Origin: an uncultured Chloroflexia bacterium
Lineage (GTDB): Bacteria > Chloroflexota > Limnocylindria > Limnocylindrales > CSP1-4
DNA length: 64,000 bases
NCBI GenBank assembly: GCA_963832105.1
Contig: CAWHSS010000003.1
Location: 50,046 to 114,045, forward strand
Direction: 5' to 3'
The translations under genes and the position numbers were made by a program. The notes beneath the pieces were generated by a model. It was not told the DNA's origin. It ran no database searches and saw nothing but the letters and a program-made list of their open reading frames with translations. How positions within the stretch are numbered: the first letter of the stretch is position 1; each line of letters begins with the position of its first letter. This document shows positions 21,317-30,999 of this stretch, piece by piece.

Positions 21317-21892
21317 CTAGTCGGCGACGGTGCCGGTGAAGTCCTTGACGTAGCGCGTCCGGGTGTCGGTCGCCTCGGGCTTCGCCTCGTCGTCGTCGTC
21401 CTCGACCTCGGGCAGGATCTCGATCCAGCTCGCCCGGGCGCGATTCACGAGGATCGTCTCGTGCGATTCCGTGGTCGCGACGCCGGCGCACTCGTAGGTG
21501 ATCGACGCGTCGGTGAAGGCGACGAGGATGTCGCGGCCGGCAAGGATTGCGGCCGGGTCGCCGCGCTGCGGCAGGTCGCCGCCGGACGGGTCGACATGGA
21601 GGCTGCCGACAACGGTGTATCGGCCGAGGCCGACAGTTACCCGCCGGACCGACGTCCTGCGCCGCCGCATCTCACTGCCCCGGCGACCGCTCCCGACGAC
21701 CGCGACCAGCTCGCCGACCGGGAGTGTCACGTCGCCGGTCAGCGGCATTCCGCCCTCCGCCAGATCGCCGACGACGGCGTCGCGCAGGACGACCCGGGTG
21801 ACGGAATTGAGCATGTCGCTGAGCCGGTCGTCGGCCAGCGGAATCATGGCCGTGATCTTGCGGTCAACCGTGAATCCGACGAACTCGATGGG
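21317..21892 (-). CDS. hypothetical protein (about 190 aa, acidic C-terminus), probably co-transcribed with the upstream coiled-coil gene
   Basis: Protein-like portion of ORF 21317-22198 starting at [13 protein letters not shown]. The upstream 100 aa of that ORF are a low-complexity read-through. Confidence 0.45.
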   Translation of the reverse strand, partial: PIEFVGFTVDRKITAMIPLADDRLSDMLNSVTRVVLRDAVVGDLAEGGMPLTGDVTLPVGELVAVVGSGRRGSEMRRRRTSVRRVTVGLGRYTVVGSLHVDPSGGDLPQRGDPAAILAGRDILVAFTDASITYECAGVATTESHETILVNRARASWIEILPEVEDDDDEAKPEATDTRTRYVKDFTGTVAD

Positions 21893-21992
21893 CATGCCGT
21901 CAGCCTGAGGCGGAGGTGCCGAGATGACTATTGGCCGTTGGTAATGGGACCCGTTGGCACTCCGGTCCGGGCCGTCGGATCGCGGGCCTCGG

Positions 21993-22988
21993 TCAGCGGG
22001 CCTGGGCGCCTTTTTCGGGCATGTCCCCGTCGGCTTGAGTTGTCCACGGCGCAATGGAGCGCAGCAGTCGGACGGCCACGTTGGAATGGTCGGCCGACTC
22101 CGCGACGGCCACCTCGACGCCCTCGTCGGCCTCGACGTGCAGGGCGTCTGCCGGGGGCGCCGTGGCTGATGTGGGAGCAGGCTCGGCCTCGTCCTCACCT
22201 AGGTCGGCGGCGGGTAGATCGTCCGACCGGCCGACGGCATCGGGATCCATGACACCCAGGCCTGCGCCGGGCTCGGCCGACGTCGTCTCCATGTCGGGTG
22301 ACCCAACCTCGCTCTCGGGCGACGCTTCAACTCCTGCGGCGGAGTCGGGCCGCGACGAGGAATCGGCCCCTTGGTCGTCCGCGTCGTGGTCCGGCACGTT
22401 CGCTAGCTCCGCCACCGCGCCGGCCCGCGCTGCGGCCCTGATCTCGTCGAGATCCGGCGGCGTCGGGAGCGAATCGGCACGTCGGACGATCTCGGTCGGG
22501 TTGGTCGAGCTCGTGAGCTCATCGAAGAACCGGTCCAGCTCCGCCCGGTAGCCGCGGATGGCCACGTCGACGCCGCCGATCTCGGTCGCGATGATCGACT
22601 CGTGCTTGGCGAGGTAGACCTCGAGGCTCTTGCGGCGCTCGTCCGTGCGCCGGTCCGCATCACGGCGGATCCGCTCGATCTCGGTCTTCGACCAGTCCTT
22701 GATGCGGGCCACGTCTTCTTCGGCCAGCCGGCTCAGCTCCTCGGCCTCGGCAGCCGCCCTCGTGCGCGCCTTCTCGACGTGCTCGGCGGCGTCCTGCGCG
22801 ACGACCTCGGCAATGCGGTCACGTTCCCGCACCGCGGCGGCTTGCATGGCACGCGCCAGCTCCGCCAGGAACGCCGGCAGGATGCTCGTGGCGCCTCCGG
22901 CGTCGTCCGGCCTCTCCACGGTGGCGATCATCGGACTGGCGACGGGCGCTTCAGGGTCGGTCGGCTTGCTCTGGTACATCTGGGGCAC
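21993..22988 (-). CDS. acidic coiled-coil protein of unknown function (paralog of 35186-36183)
   Basis: 331 aa: a roughly 140-aa charged helical core (ELARAMQAAAV...AIRGYRAELDRFFDEL) followed by a D/E/P/A-rich tail with a GVMDP motif. Confidence 0.55.
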   Translation of the reverse strand: MPQMYQSKPTDPEAPVASPMIATVERPDDAGGATSILPAFLAELARAMQAAAVRERDRIAEVVAQDAAEHVEKARTRAAAEAEELSRLAEEDVARIKDWSKTEIERIRRDADRRTDERRKSLEVYLAKHESIIATEIGGVDVAIRGYRAELDRFFDELTSSTNPTEIVRRADSLPTPPDLDEIRAAARAGAVAELANVPDHDADDQGADSSSRPDSAAGVEASPESEVGSPDMETTSAEPGAGLGVMDPDAVGRSDDLPAADLGEDEAEPAPTSATAPPADALHVEADEGVEVAVAESADHSNVAVRLLRSIAPWTTQADGDMPEKGAQAR

Positions 22989-23113
22989 CTCGTTGGCAGC
23001 CGAACGTACTGCCGTTCCGTGCGACTACGCAACGGCCGCCCGGAGTTTCCGGTGCAGGCGGGAACCGCTGCCCACCACCTCGCCCGGCCCGATGCGCCGC
23101 CTGGGCTGACCCG

Positions 23114-23839
23114 TCAGTCGGTGCCGCGGATCTCGTACGTTGCGAGTCGGACGCTGCCGAGCGCGATCGCGAGAACCAGCGCGAAGGCCGCGTAGAGGAA
23201 CCCGCCCGCCCCGATGATCGAGTCGGCGACCGCCCCGGGAGCGAGGGCCTCGGCGATGCCGCCGATGTATTCCCGGACGCTGAAGACCTGGGTCCCCGGC
23301 AGGAGCCCGGACAGCAAGCCCTCCCAGATCAGCGAATAGGCCAGGCCGATGATCAGGCCGCGCGATGTCACGACGCTCAGCACCAGGAAGATCGCCACGT
23401 AGAGGAACGACCCGACGAGGTTCGCCAAGGCGAACGCGAACGTGACCGCGATGTTGTCCGAACCGAAGCCGCCCAGAAGGAACCCTGCCACGACCGTCGA
23501 TGGCACGACGAGCGCGGCGGTGAGCATGCCGGCGACGGCGATCTTCGCCGCGACGATCGTCCAGCGGCTGATCGGCTTCGTGAGGATGTGGATTGCGGTC
23601 CCGTCATCCAGCTCCGAGCCGAGCGCCGCGGTTCCGAACACGAGGGCGACGACCGGCAGGACGATGCGGACGACGAAGCCGTCGATCGTCGGGCCGATGT
23701 TGTCCAGCTCCGAGTCGTTGGCGCGGACGAGCAGCCCGAGCAGGACCGGCGTGCCGGCCAGCAGGACCATGAGCAGCGTCCGTCGCCGGCCGAGCAGGGC
23801 CCGCATCGTGACGCCGGCGATCGTCGCGAAGATCGTCAT
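23114..23839 (-). CDS. ABC-2 type transporter permease
   Basis: 241 aa, 6 TM. ATGA overlap with the upstream ATPase stop. Confidence 0.75.
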   Translation of the reverse strand: MTIFATIAGVTMRALLGRRRTLLMVLLAGTPVLLGLLVRANDSELDNIGPTIDGFVVRIVLPVVALVFGTAALGSELDDGTAIHILTKPISRWTIVAAKIAVAGMLTAALVVPSTVVAGFLLGGFGSDNIAVTFAFALANLVGSFLYVAIFLVLSVVTSRGLIIGLAYSLIWEGLLSGLLPGTQVFSVREYIGGIAEALAPGAVADSIIGAGGFLYAAFALVLAIALGSVRLATYEIRGTD

Positions 23840-24827
23840 CGGCGGGAGACCAGGTAGGCGAAGACGCTCTCGAGCGAGTCGTCGGTCGGGGCGACCTCGT
23901 ACAGCGTCACCGACGCGTCGCGGGCGACGCGGGCGACGGCGCGGGTGAAGCCGGCGAACTCGGCGACCCGGACCGTCAGGCGGTTCTCGCGGAGCTCCGT
24001 TCCGAAGACCGCCGGCTCGGCCATGAACGCGGCGGCCAGCCGGCGATCGTCCGACGAGCGGACGAGGAACGTGTGCGGCCGGTCGGTCATGAGCCGCCGG
24101 ATCTCGCGGAAGTCGCCGGCCGCGGCGAGGCGGCCCGCGACGATGACGAGGACGCCGTCGGCGAGCCGCTCGACCTCCTCGAGGATGTGCGACGAGAAGA
24201 GGATCGTCCGCCCGGCCGCGGCCATCGACCGGAGGAGATCCATCATGTGCAGCCGCTGGCGCGGGTCCATCCCGTTGAACGGCTCGTCGAGCAGGAGGAT
24301 CGCCGGATCGTGGACGAGCGCGGCCGCGATCTTGGCCCGCTGGCGCATGCCCTTCGAATAGGTCCCGATCGGGCGGTCGGCGGCGGCTTCGAGGTCGACG
24401 GTCCGCATCGCCCGGGCGGCGGCCGCCGCGGGATCGGGAAGGCGCTGGAGGCGCGCGGCGAGCGCGGCGAACTCCCGGCCGGTCAGGAACGAATGAACCG
24501 CCTCGCGCTCGGGCACGAGGCCGATCGATCGGTAGACGTCGGGGTTGCGCCAGGCCGACTGGCCCGCGACCCGGATCTTGCCGCTCGACGGCCGGAGAAG
24601 GCCCGCGAGCATGTGCAGCAGGGTCGTCTTGCCGGCGCCATTCGGGCCGAGGAGGCCGGTGATCCCCGGCGCAAGCGCGAACGAGATGTCGTTGACGGCG
24701 ACGACGTTGCCGTACCAGCGCGAGACGCGCTCGAGGATGATCGCCGGCTCCGACGCGGACGCCGCCGGCGCGCGAACGGCGGGGCGGTGGCGTCGACGGC
24801 GGCCGGCGTCGCGTCGGGGGCGGTCAT
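23836..24827 (-). CDS. ABC transporter ATP-binding protein (ABC-2 exporter type); apparent frameshift in the first 20 codons
   Basis: Walker A GPNGAGKTT, signature YSKGMRQR, Walker B ILLLDEP, H-loop. The ATG at 24825-24827 overlaps the upstream permease stop (ATGA) but is out of frame with the body. Confidence 0.8.
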
Positions 24828-25742
24828 GCGGTGTACCGGGCGAAGCGTCGGATCGTGATCGCGATTGACCCGACGATGCCCGCGATCGCCGCCGCGAAAT
24901 ACGCGATGTCGGGCAGGCTGATGAAGAAGAACTCCGAGCCCAGCTGGGTCCCGAACAGGGCCGCGTTCGTCCCATCCAGCACGGACGACGGGCTCGTGAG
25001 GAAGAGCCAGTTGCCGATGTCCGACGATCCGAGCCCGGCGATGACCCCGGCGACGATTCCCGGGATCACGAACAGGGCGATGATCCCCGCCGTGGCGTAG
25101 GCCCGACGCGGCGTGAAGGCCGAAATCACCATCGCCAGCCCGCCGAGGAGCCCGGCCGACAGGAGCCCCTGGATGAGGATCGGCGGGACCGACGGGAGAT
25201 CGTTCCGGACCGCCGCGACGACGTCCGGCGACAGCAGGGCGCGCCCGATGAACAGCACGAGCTGGGGCACGAGCTCCATGATGAGAAGCGCGGCGACGAA
25301 GCCGCCGACGCGGGCGAGGGCGTAGTCGGATCGGCGGAGCGCGCGGGCGAAGTACAGCGACAGGATCCCGTAGCGCTGGTCGCGGCCGAACAGCTCCGGG
25401 GCCTGGGCCGCGCAGAACAGGGCGACGATCGTCGAGATCGTGCTGAAGTACGTGTCGTAGCGGATCGGTGACTGCTCCGCGAGCTGCTCGCCGGCGCCGA
25501 ACCGCATGGCCAGCGTCAGGACGCCGACGATCGCGAGCGCCGGGAGGATCGCCAGCGCCCCGAGGATGAACGGCGCGATCTTGGCCCGACCGCCGCGGCC
25601 GATCCCGTAGGCAGTCCGAAGGCTGTGGAGGAACAGCGAGCGGATCGCGTGCGCGCGACCGAGCCGGGGGCCCTTCGTAGCCGCGATAGCCGATGTCGTA
25701 GATCGAGCCGGTCGGGGTGCCGACCGAGATCGGGGCCGTCAT
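24824..25742 (-). CDS. ABC-2 type transporter permease; apparent frameshift near 25500
   Basis: N-terminus MTAPISVGTPTGSIYDIGYRGYEGP in the long 24483-26735 frame; TM body in ORF 24824-25507. ATGA overlap with the upstream ATPase stop. Confidence 0.65.
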
Positions 25743-26735
25743 CGGGCGGCCTCGTCGGGGTCGGGCGGCGGCGCGGCTGGGGCCGGCGCCGCCGGCGGCG
25801 GTCGCCGCCGGAGTCTCCGCCCCGGGCGGGATCGGCATGTCGCGGAAGAGGTCCTCGAGCTTGTGGCGCCGCTGCTCGATCCGGACGAGCGCGAGGCCGA
25901 GGTCGACGATCGTGTCCCGGACGATGTCGTAGGGCCGCTCGTCGGTGAGGGCGATGAGGACCGCCCTTCCGTCGGCGATCGCCTCGAGGCCCTGGGCGGT
26001 GAGCCGCGCAGCGAGCGCCTCGCTCCCCTCCTCCACCTCGACCGCGAGCGTTCCGGTCTGCTCGGTGAAGGAGCACGAGCGGCGCGGCGCGGAGGAGCCG
26101 GCCGCCCTCGATGGCAACGAGGAAGTCGCAGACGCGTTCGATCTCACCGAGCAGGTGCGAGGCGACGATCGTCGGCGATGCCGAATACGGTGCCCGTGCG
26201 CTGAATCAGCTCGAGCATCTCGTCGCGGCCGGCCGGATCGAGCCCGTTCGTCGGCTCGTCGAGGAGCAGGAGGCGTGGGTCGTGGACGAGCGCCTGGGCG
26301 AGCTTGACCCGCTGCTTCATCCCCGTCGAGTAGCCGCCGATCGCCCGGTAACGCTCCTCGTACAACCCGACGTGCCGCAGGACCTCGGCGGTTCGCTCGC
26401 GGGCGGCCGCCCGCGGGAGCCCCGACATGAGCGCGAGATGCGAGACGAAGTCGGTCGCCGATGCGTCGGGCGGCAGGCAATCGTGCTCCGGGCAGGTAGC
26501 CGACGAACTGGCGGATGTCGGTGCCGCGGGTCCGGACGTCCATGTCGAAGACGGTCGCCTCGCCGGACGTCGGGTCGATGAGCCCGAGGAGGATCTTGAG
26601 CAGGGTGCTCTTGCCGGCGCCGTTCGATCCGACCAGCCCGACGATGCCGCGCTCGATGTCGACCGTCAGGCCGTCGAGCGCGGTTACGCCGCCCGGATAG
26701 CGCTTCGTGAGCGATCGGATGGAGACGAGGGCCAC
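25739..26735 (-). CDS. ABC transporter ATP-binding protein (second copy); at least 2 apparent frameshifts
   Basis: MALVSIRSLTKRYPGGVTALDGLTVDIERGIVGLVGSNGAGKSTLL (Walker A); signature and Walker B in ORF 26144-26428 (YSTGMKQRVKLAQALVHDPRLLLLDEPTNGLD); C-terminal regulatory domain back in the first frame. Confidence 0.75.
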
Positions 26736-26787
26736 GTTCGAAGGGTACCCGAGCGAACCGGCTGCGCGGCTCTGGCCTCGCTAGTCC

Positions 26788-27571
26788 TCAGCGGAGCGCA
26801 GCCTCCAGCGCGACCCGGGCGTCGGTGCCCTCGTCGCGGTGCTTGACGATGATCGCCGTCGCGATCGACAGCCCGTGCTCCGACGCGAACGCGCCGGCCG
26901 CCGGCCTCGCGCCGGGAACGACGACGGCGCCCGCCGGCACGGCGAGAGGCTCGTCGACGGTCCCGACGAGAATCTCGTCGCGGGTCAGGTCGTAGATCCG
27001 CGACGTCCCCGTCAACGTGACGCCCGCCCCGATGACGGCGCCGCGGGCAACGAGCACGCCCTCGAGGAGGACGCTCCCGGCCCCGACGAAGGCACCGTCC
27101 TCGACGATGACCGGCCGCGCGCCGGCCGGTTCGAGGACGCCGCCGATCAGGACGCCGGCCGCAAGGTGCACGTCCGAGCCGACCTGGGCGCACGAGCCGA
27201 CCAGCACATGGCTGTCGACCATCGTCCGCTCGCCGACCCACGCCCCGATGTTCACGTACGACGGCGGCATGACGACCACGCCCTCTCCGAGGTGAGCGCC
27301 GGCGCGGATGCTCGTGCCGCCGGGGACGATCCGCCAGGGTCCGTCGCTCAACGCTCGCGGCGGGACCGAGGCGCGGTCCCGGAACCAGAACGGCCCGACC
27401 GTCCAGTCCTGCGTCGTCCGATCGGCGAACCGGGCAAGGATGGCGGCCTTCACGTCGGGTCGGACGCGCCAGCCGCCGGGCGCCGGCAGGATCCGGTTCG
27501 GCCGCCCTGATCCGACCGCTCTCGAGATCCTCGAGCAGCGTCGCCTCGTCGATGTCCGTGAGCGCAATCAC
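26788..27571 (-). CDS. dapH: 2,3,4,5-tetrahydropyridine-2,6-dicarboxylate N-acyltransferase (hexapeptide-repeat DapH/DapD family); apparent frameshift near 27480
   Basis: Left-handed beta-helix repeats GAWVGERTMVDSHVLVGSCAQVGSDVHLAAGVLIGGVLEP...PVIVEDGAFVGAGSVLLEGVLV align with Bacillus DapH. GTGA overlap with the dapA stop. Confidence 0.7.
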
Positions 27572-28553
27572 GCCACTGCCTCCTGGGCCTGGCCGGCCAT
27601 CCGACCGCCGGACGCCTCGACGAGGCCCGTCGCCCGGAGCACGTCGGCCAGCCGAGCTCGCGCCGCGTCGTCGAGCGAGAGGAGTGGCGCCCGGACCGCG
27701 TCGCCGTCCAGGAGTCCCATCATCGCGAGCGCCGCTTTGACCGGGACCGGGTTCGGGCCGCCACGGAAGTTCGCGAGGAAGAGCGGCAGCCAGCGCTCGT
27801 GATGGTGCCGCGCACCGTCCCAGTCGCCCGCCCGGGCGGCGGAGCAGAGAGCTGCCATCTCCCCGGGGATCTCGTTCGAGGCGACCGAGATGACGCCGTC
27901 GCCACCGAGCGCGAGGACCGGCAGGGTCCAGGCGTCGTCGCCGGCGAGGACCGCGACGTCGCGCGGCCGCTCGCGGCAGATCCGGGCGATCTGCTCGAGA
28001 TTTCCCGAAGCCTCTTTGATGGCCACGACGCGCGGGTGTTCGGCGAGCCCGAGAAACGTGTCGGCGTCGACGTTCGTGCCGGTTCGCGACGGGACGTTGT
28101 AGACGACGATCGGCAGGCCGCCGTCATCGGCGATCGCGCGGAAATGCGCCGCGAGCATGCGCTGATCGGGACGGTTGTAGTACGGAGCGACGACGAGCGC
28201 GGCGTCGGCGCCGAGGTCTGCCGCCCGCCGCGTGGCGCGGACCGTCGCCGCGGTGTCGTTGGTACCCGTTCCGGCGACGACGGCGACCCGGCCGCGCGAC
28301 GGTCGCTCGCCGACGGTCTCGACGGCGATGGCGATGAGCCGGTCGCGCTCGGACTCGGAGAGCGTCGGGGCTTCCCCTGTCGTCCCGACCGGGACGAGGC
28401 CGTCGATGCCGGCAAGAACCTGCCACCGGACGAGCCGGCGGAACGCGGCCTCGTCGACGTCGCCATCGGCCGTGAACGGCGTGACGAGGGCGGTCAACGC
28501 GCCCCTCAACGCAGGGCGGCTCGGAGCCTGTGGGTGCGGACGATCGTGGTCAT
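27568..28553 (-). CDS. dapA: 4-hydroxy-tetrahydrodipicolinate synthase; apparent frameshift within the first 15 codons
   Basis: LTALVTPFTADGDVDEAAFRRLVRWQ...GVDGLVPVGTTGE...VIAGTGTNDT...PYYNRP...KEASG (catalytic Lys). ATG at 28553 with an AAGGAG RBS 8 bp upstream. Confidence 0.8.
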
Positions 28554-28580
28554 CGGAGGATCTCCTTGTCTCTGTTCGGA

Positions 28581-29307
28581 TCAGGCGGTTGCGGCGAGGG
28601 CCGGAGCCGCGAGCAGCTCGTCGACGACCTCGTCGAATTGATGGATTCCGGGCGATCTGGGCGTCGCGCGACAGCCAGTCGGCGGCGGCGAGCGCGCCGG
28701 CGGCATAGGCCGATCGGTCCCGCGCCGTGAGGCGCAGCTCGATCGTCTCGCCGGGCGAGTCGAACCCGACGAGGTGCATCCCGGGCGACGCGCCGGCCCG
28801 GATGACGGCGACCTCGAGGTCGCGCGGGGCCGGCGACGCGGCGGCGATGCGCCGGGCGAGCTCGCGGGCCGTGCCCGACGGGCGATCCCGCTTCGACCGT
28901 CGGTGCCACTCGAGCAGGTAGGGCTCGAAGTCGTCGATCGGGCCGAGCAGTTCCGACGCCCGCTCGACGAGCCGGAAGAAGAGCGCCGCCCCGATGCTGA
29001 GGTTCGGCGCCACGACGGCTGCGGCTCCGTGGGCCCGGAGGTCGGCCTCGACGGCCGGCCGATCGGGGTCCCAGCCGGTCGTCGCGATCACGAAACGGCG
29101 GCAGCCGGCAGCGAGCGCGGCCGCGACGTTGTCGCGGACCGCGTCGGACCGGGACGCCTCGATCGTCAGGCCGGGAGTGCCGAGGTCCGTGCGGTCGCGG
29201 GCCCGGCCCGCCGGCCGGCCGAGCAGCAGCGCCTCCGTGCCACGTCCGCGGAAGGCAGTCGCGATCGCCGCTCCGAGCGGGCCGTCGCCGAGAATGATCG
29301 TGTCCAT
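28581..29307 (-). CDS. dapB: 4-hydroxy-tetrahydrodipicolinate reductase; apparent frameshift near 28660
   Basis: LEWHRRSKRDRPSGTA matches the DapB E(A/W)HH..K.DAPSGTA motif. C-terminus ...GIHQFDEVVDELLAAPALAATA* is recovered in the +1 frame. In the 601-aa ORF it is fused in-frame to dapA only because of the shift. Confidence 0.8.
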
Positions 29308-29370
29308 CGCTGGTCCCTCGCTAGGTTGCCGAGGGGCCTTCGCGTGTCGGGGGCAACAAAAAACCGCGGT

Positions 29371-29409
29371 CACCGTTTGGTGTCCGCGGCCCCTGGAGCC
29401 TCCGATCCC
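29371..29409 (-). terminator. rho-independent terminator candidate after the ftsH / small-protein operon
   Basis: Minus-strand reading: ccgcggacaccaaacggtgaccgcgg hairpin (10-11 bp stem) followed by TTTTTTGTT. A second hairpin gcctccg-atcc-cggaggc lies adjacent. Confidence 0.45.
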
Positions 29410-29608
29410 GGAGGCCCATGTCGGTCGTCGTCAGTACGCGCCGTCAGAGCCCCAGGACCCGTGCCTCCCGGCAGGGCCGCAAGAGCTTCTTCTTGGCCTC
29501 GTTGGTCATGAAGTGATTGCGCACGGTGCAAGTCTTGCGCATATCACCCGATCCTTGCAACCCCCGAACCGAAATGGCTCCGTGCCGCAACCCTCGCCGG
29601 CGAGGAGC

Positions 29609-30178
29609 CTAGGCCGACAACCTCGCGGATCGCTGGTAGCGCTCCATCAGCTCGGCGATGACCTGGCGCGCTTCGCGCCACTCCTGCTGATCGCCGAAGA
29701 TCTCGGCGTCCTTGCCCCATCGGCCGAGCTGGGCCATGGCCGTGACGATCGCCGAATGCTGGTACGAGCGACGGCGCCCGCCATCGATTGCGCCGGTCAC
29801 GAGGTATCGGCGGACCAGGTCGAACGGCGCCTCCCATCGACCGATCCTGATTCGGTCGCCGATGCGCATCGACTCGAGCAGATCGTCGTCGCCGACCGGG
29901 AACTGGTCGTGCTCCTCCATGTGGGCGACGAGGTCGACCCGACCGAGGTTCGGCCGGTGAGACGGCAATCGTCCGTCGTCGCCGACCGTCTGGTAGCAGC
30001 TCGGGCAGCTCGGCAGCGCCGCGTCGGATCGTGGCTGGTCCCCGAAGGGCAGGCCGCACCGACGGCAGAAGGTGATGTCAGGCGTCGGCGCGGCCGTCCC
30101 GCACTGGAGGCAGACGTTGCCCTGGCTGCCCGATGGCCGACCAGAACCCTGGCCTCCGAGCGAGAACGACAACTTCAC
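29609..30178 (-). CDS. hypothetical protein with a double zinc-ribbon N-terminus and an alpha-helical C-terminal domain
   Basis: CLQCG...FCRRCG and CPSCYQ Cys pairs. GTG start with a GAGAGGAAG RBS. 4-bp overlap with the upstream small gene. Confidence 0.55.
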   Translation of the reverse strand: MKLSFSLGGQGSGRPSGSQGNVCLQCGTAAPTPDITFCRRCGLPFGDQPRSDAALPSCPSCYQTVGDDGRLPSHRPNLGRVDLVAHMEEHDQFPVGDDDLLESMRIGDRIRIGRWEAPFDLVRRYLVTGAIDGGRRRSYQHSAIVTAMAQLGRWGKDAEIFGDQQEWREARQVIAELMERYQRSARLSA

Positions 30179-30582
30179 GAATACTTCCTCTCGGTGGTCA
30201 TGCGGATCAGTCTTGGGGGCTTGGCGTTCGCTCGAGCCTGGGCGGAATTGGCGATCAGCCGCCGAAGCGTGACCAGTCCATCGAGAGCGGCGCCGACCTG
30301 GCCCCGTTCGAGGATCAGGATCGGCAGCGGGTCAGATCGGTGGGAGAGCTGAAGGAGGATCACCGGCAACGATCCGTAGTTGCCGATCGAAGCGCCACCG
30401 AGGTCGTCATACGACCAGGGCTCTCGGGGAACACGCCGGACGAGCGACGGGCCGCCGCAGCGGCAAACGGTGAGCTGGTCGAGGCCGACGAGGACAGTGG
30501 ATCCGGCCGCACCCTGAATTCGGGCAACGACGTTTCCGACGTCCTTGGCGCAGGTACAAATGGAGCTGCCGGCAATTGCCAT
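30175..30582 (-). CDS. small Cys-containing hypothetical protein (135 aa)
   Basis: Protein-like tail of the 968-aa read-through ORF, starting MAIAGSSICTCAKDVGNVVARIQG with a CxC...CRCGG motif. AAGGA RBS 7 bp upstream of the ATG at 30582. Confidence 0.5.
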   Translation of the reverse strand: MAIAGSSICTCAKDVGNVVARIQGAAGSTVLVGLDQLTVCRCGGPSLVRRVPREPWSYDDLGGASIGNYGSLPVILLQLSHRSDPLPILILERGQVGAALDGLVTLRRLIANSAQARANAKPPRLIRMTTERKYS

Positions 30583-30999
30583 GGGTGTCCTTGGGGATGA
30601 GTGCTTGGTCGTAGCCCAACCGTAGGCGACTGGGCTCGAATCCGGCATCACCGCCTCGGGGATTCCCGGTGGCAGAACGTCCCGAAAGCAACTGCGGTGT
30701 CTGTACCAGATGGGAGTTGCGAACCAGCCTAGAGCTGGTCGCCCTCTGGCTCGGTCGAGCGCAGCCAGGTGTGGGCACGCTCCAATACCCCGACCGCTAC
30801 GTTCCGCAGCCGGCGCGAGGCGACGGCACGCCGTCCCGTTGACGGGCGTCGCTGTGGCGAAGCCGGCGGGGGCACGAGTCTGGCGGGGCGCGATCGAGGC
30901 CACGCTCGCGCGGGCGGGTGCGACGGCGGGCAACACCTGGGCACCGGTGATGGCCGACGCCTCCAGCTCCGCGGCGACGACGGCCGCGATCACCGGGGC

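Noticed and set aside
21317-22198. 293-aa ORF as a single protein
   Set aside because: The first 100 aa are read-through of the upstream coiled-coil gene's 3' end in another frame. The real gene starts at MPIEF (21892).
27568-29373. 601-aa ORF looking like a DapB-DapA fusion protein
   Set aside because: The DapB C-terminus (…FDEVVDELL…ATA*) and a stop are recovered in the +1 frame. The dapA ATG with an AAGGAG RBS lies inside. This is two separate genes joined by a frameshift, not a natural fusion.
30600-30700. tRNA/tmRNA-like T-arm motif (GGGCTCGAATCCGG...CACCGCC) downstream of ftsH
   Set aside because: The T-stem does not base-pair, and there is no acceptor stem or anticodon arm. It is a chance resemblance inside the FtsH tail or a spacer.
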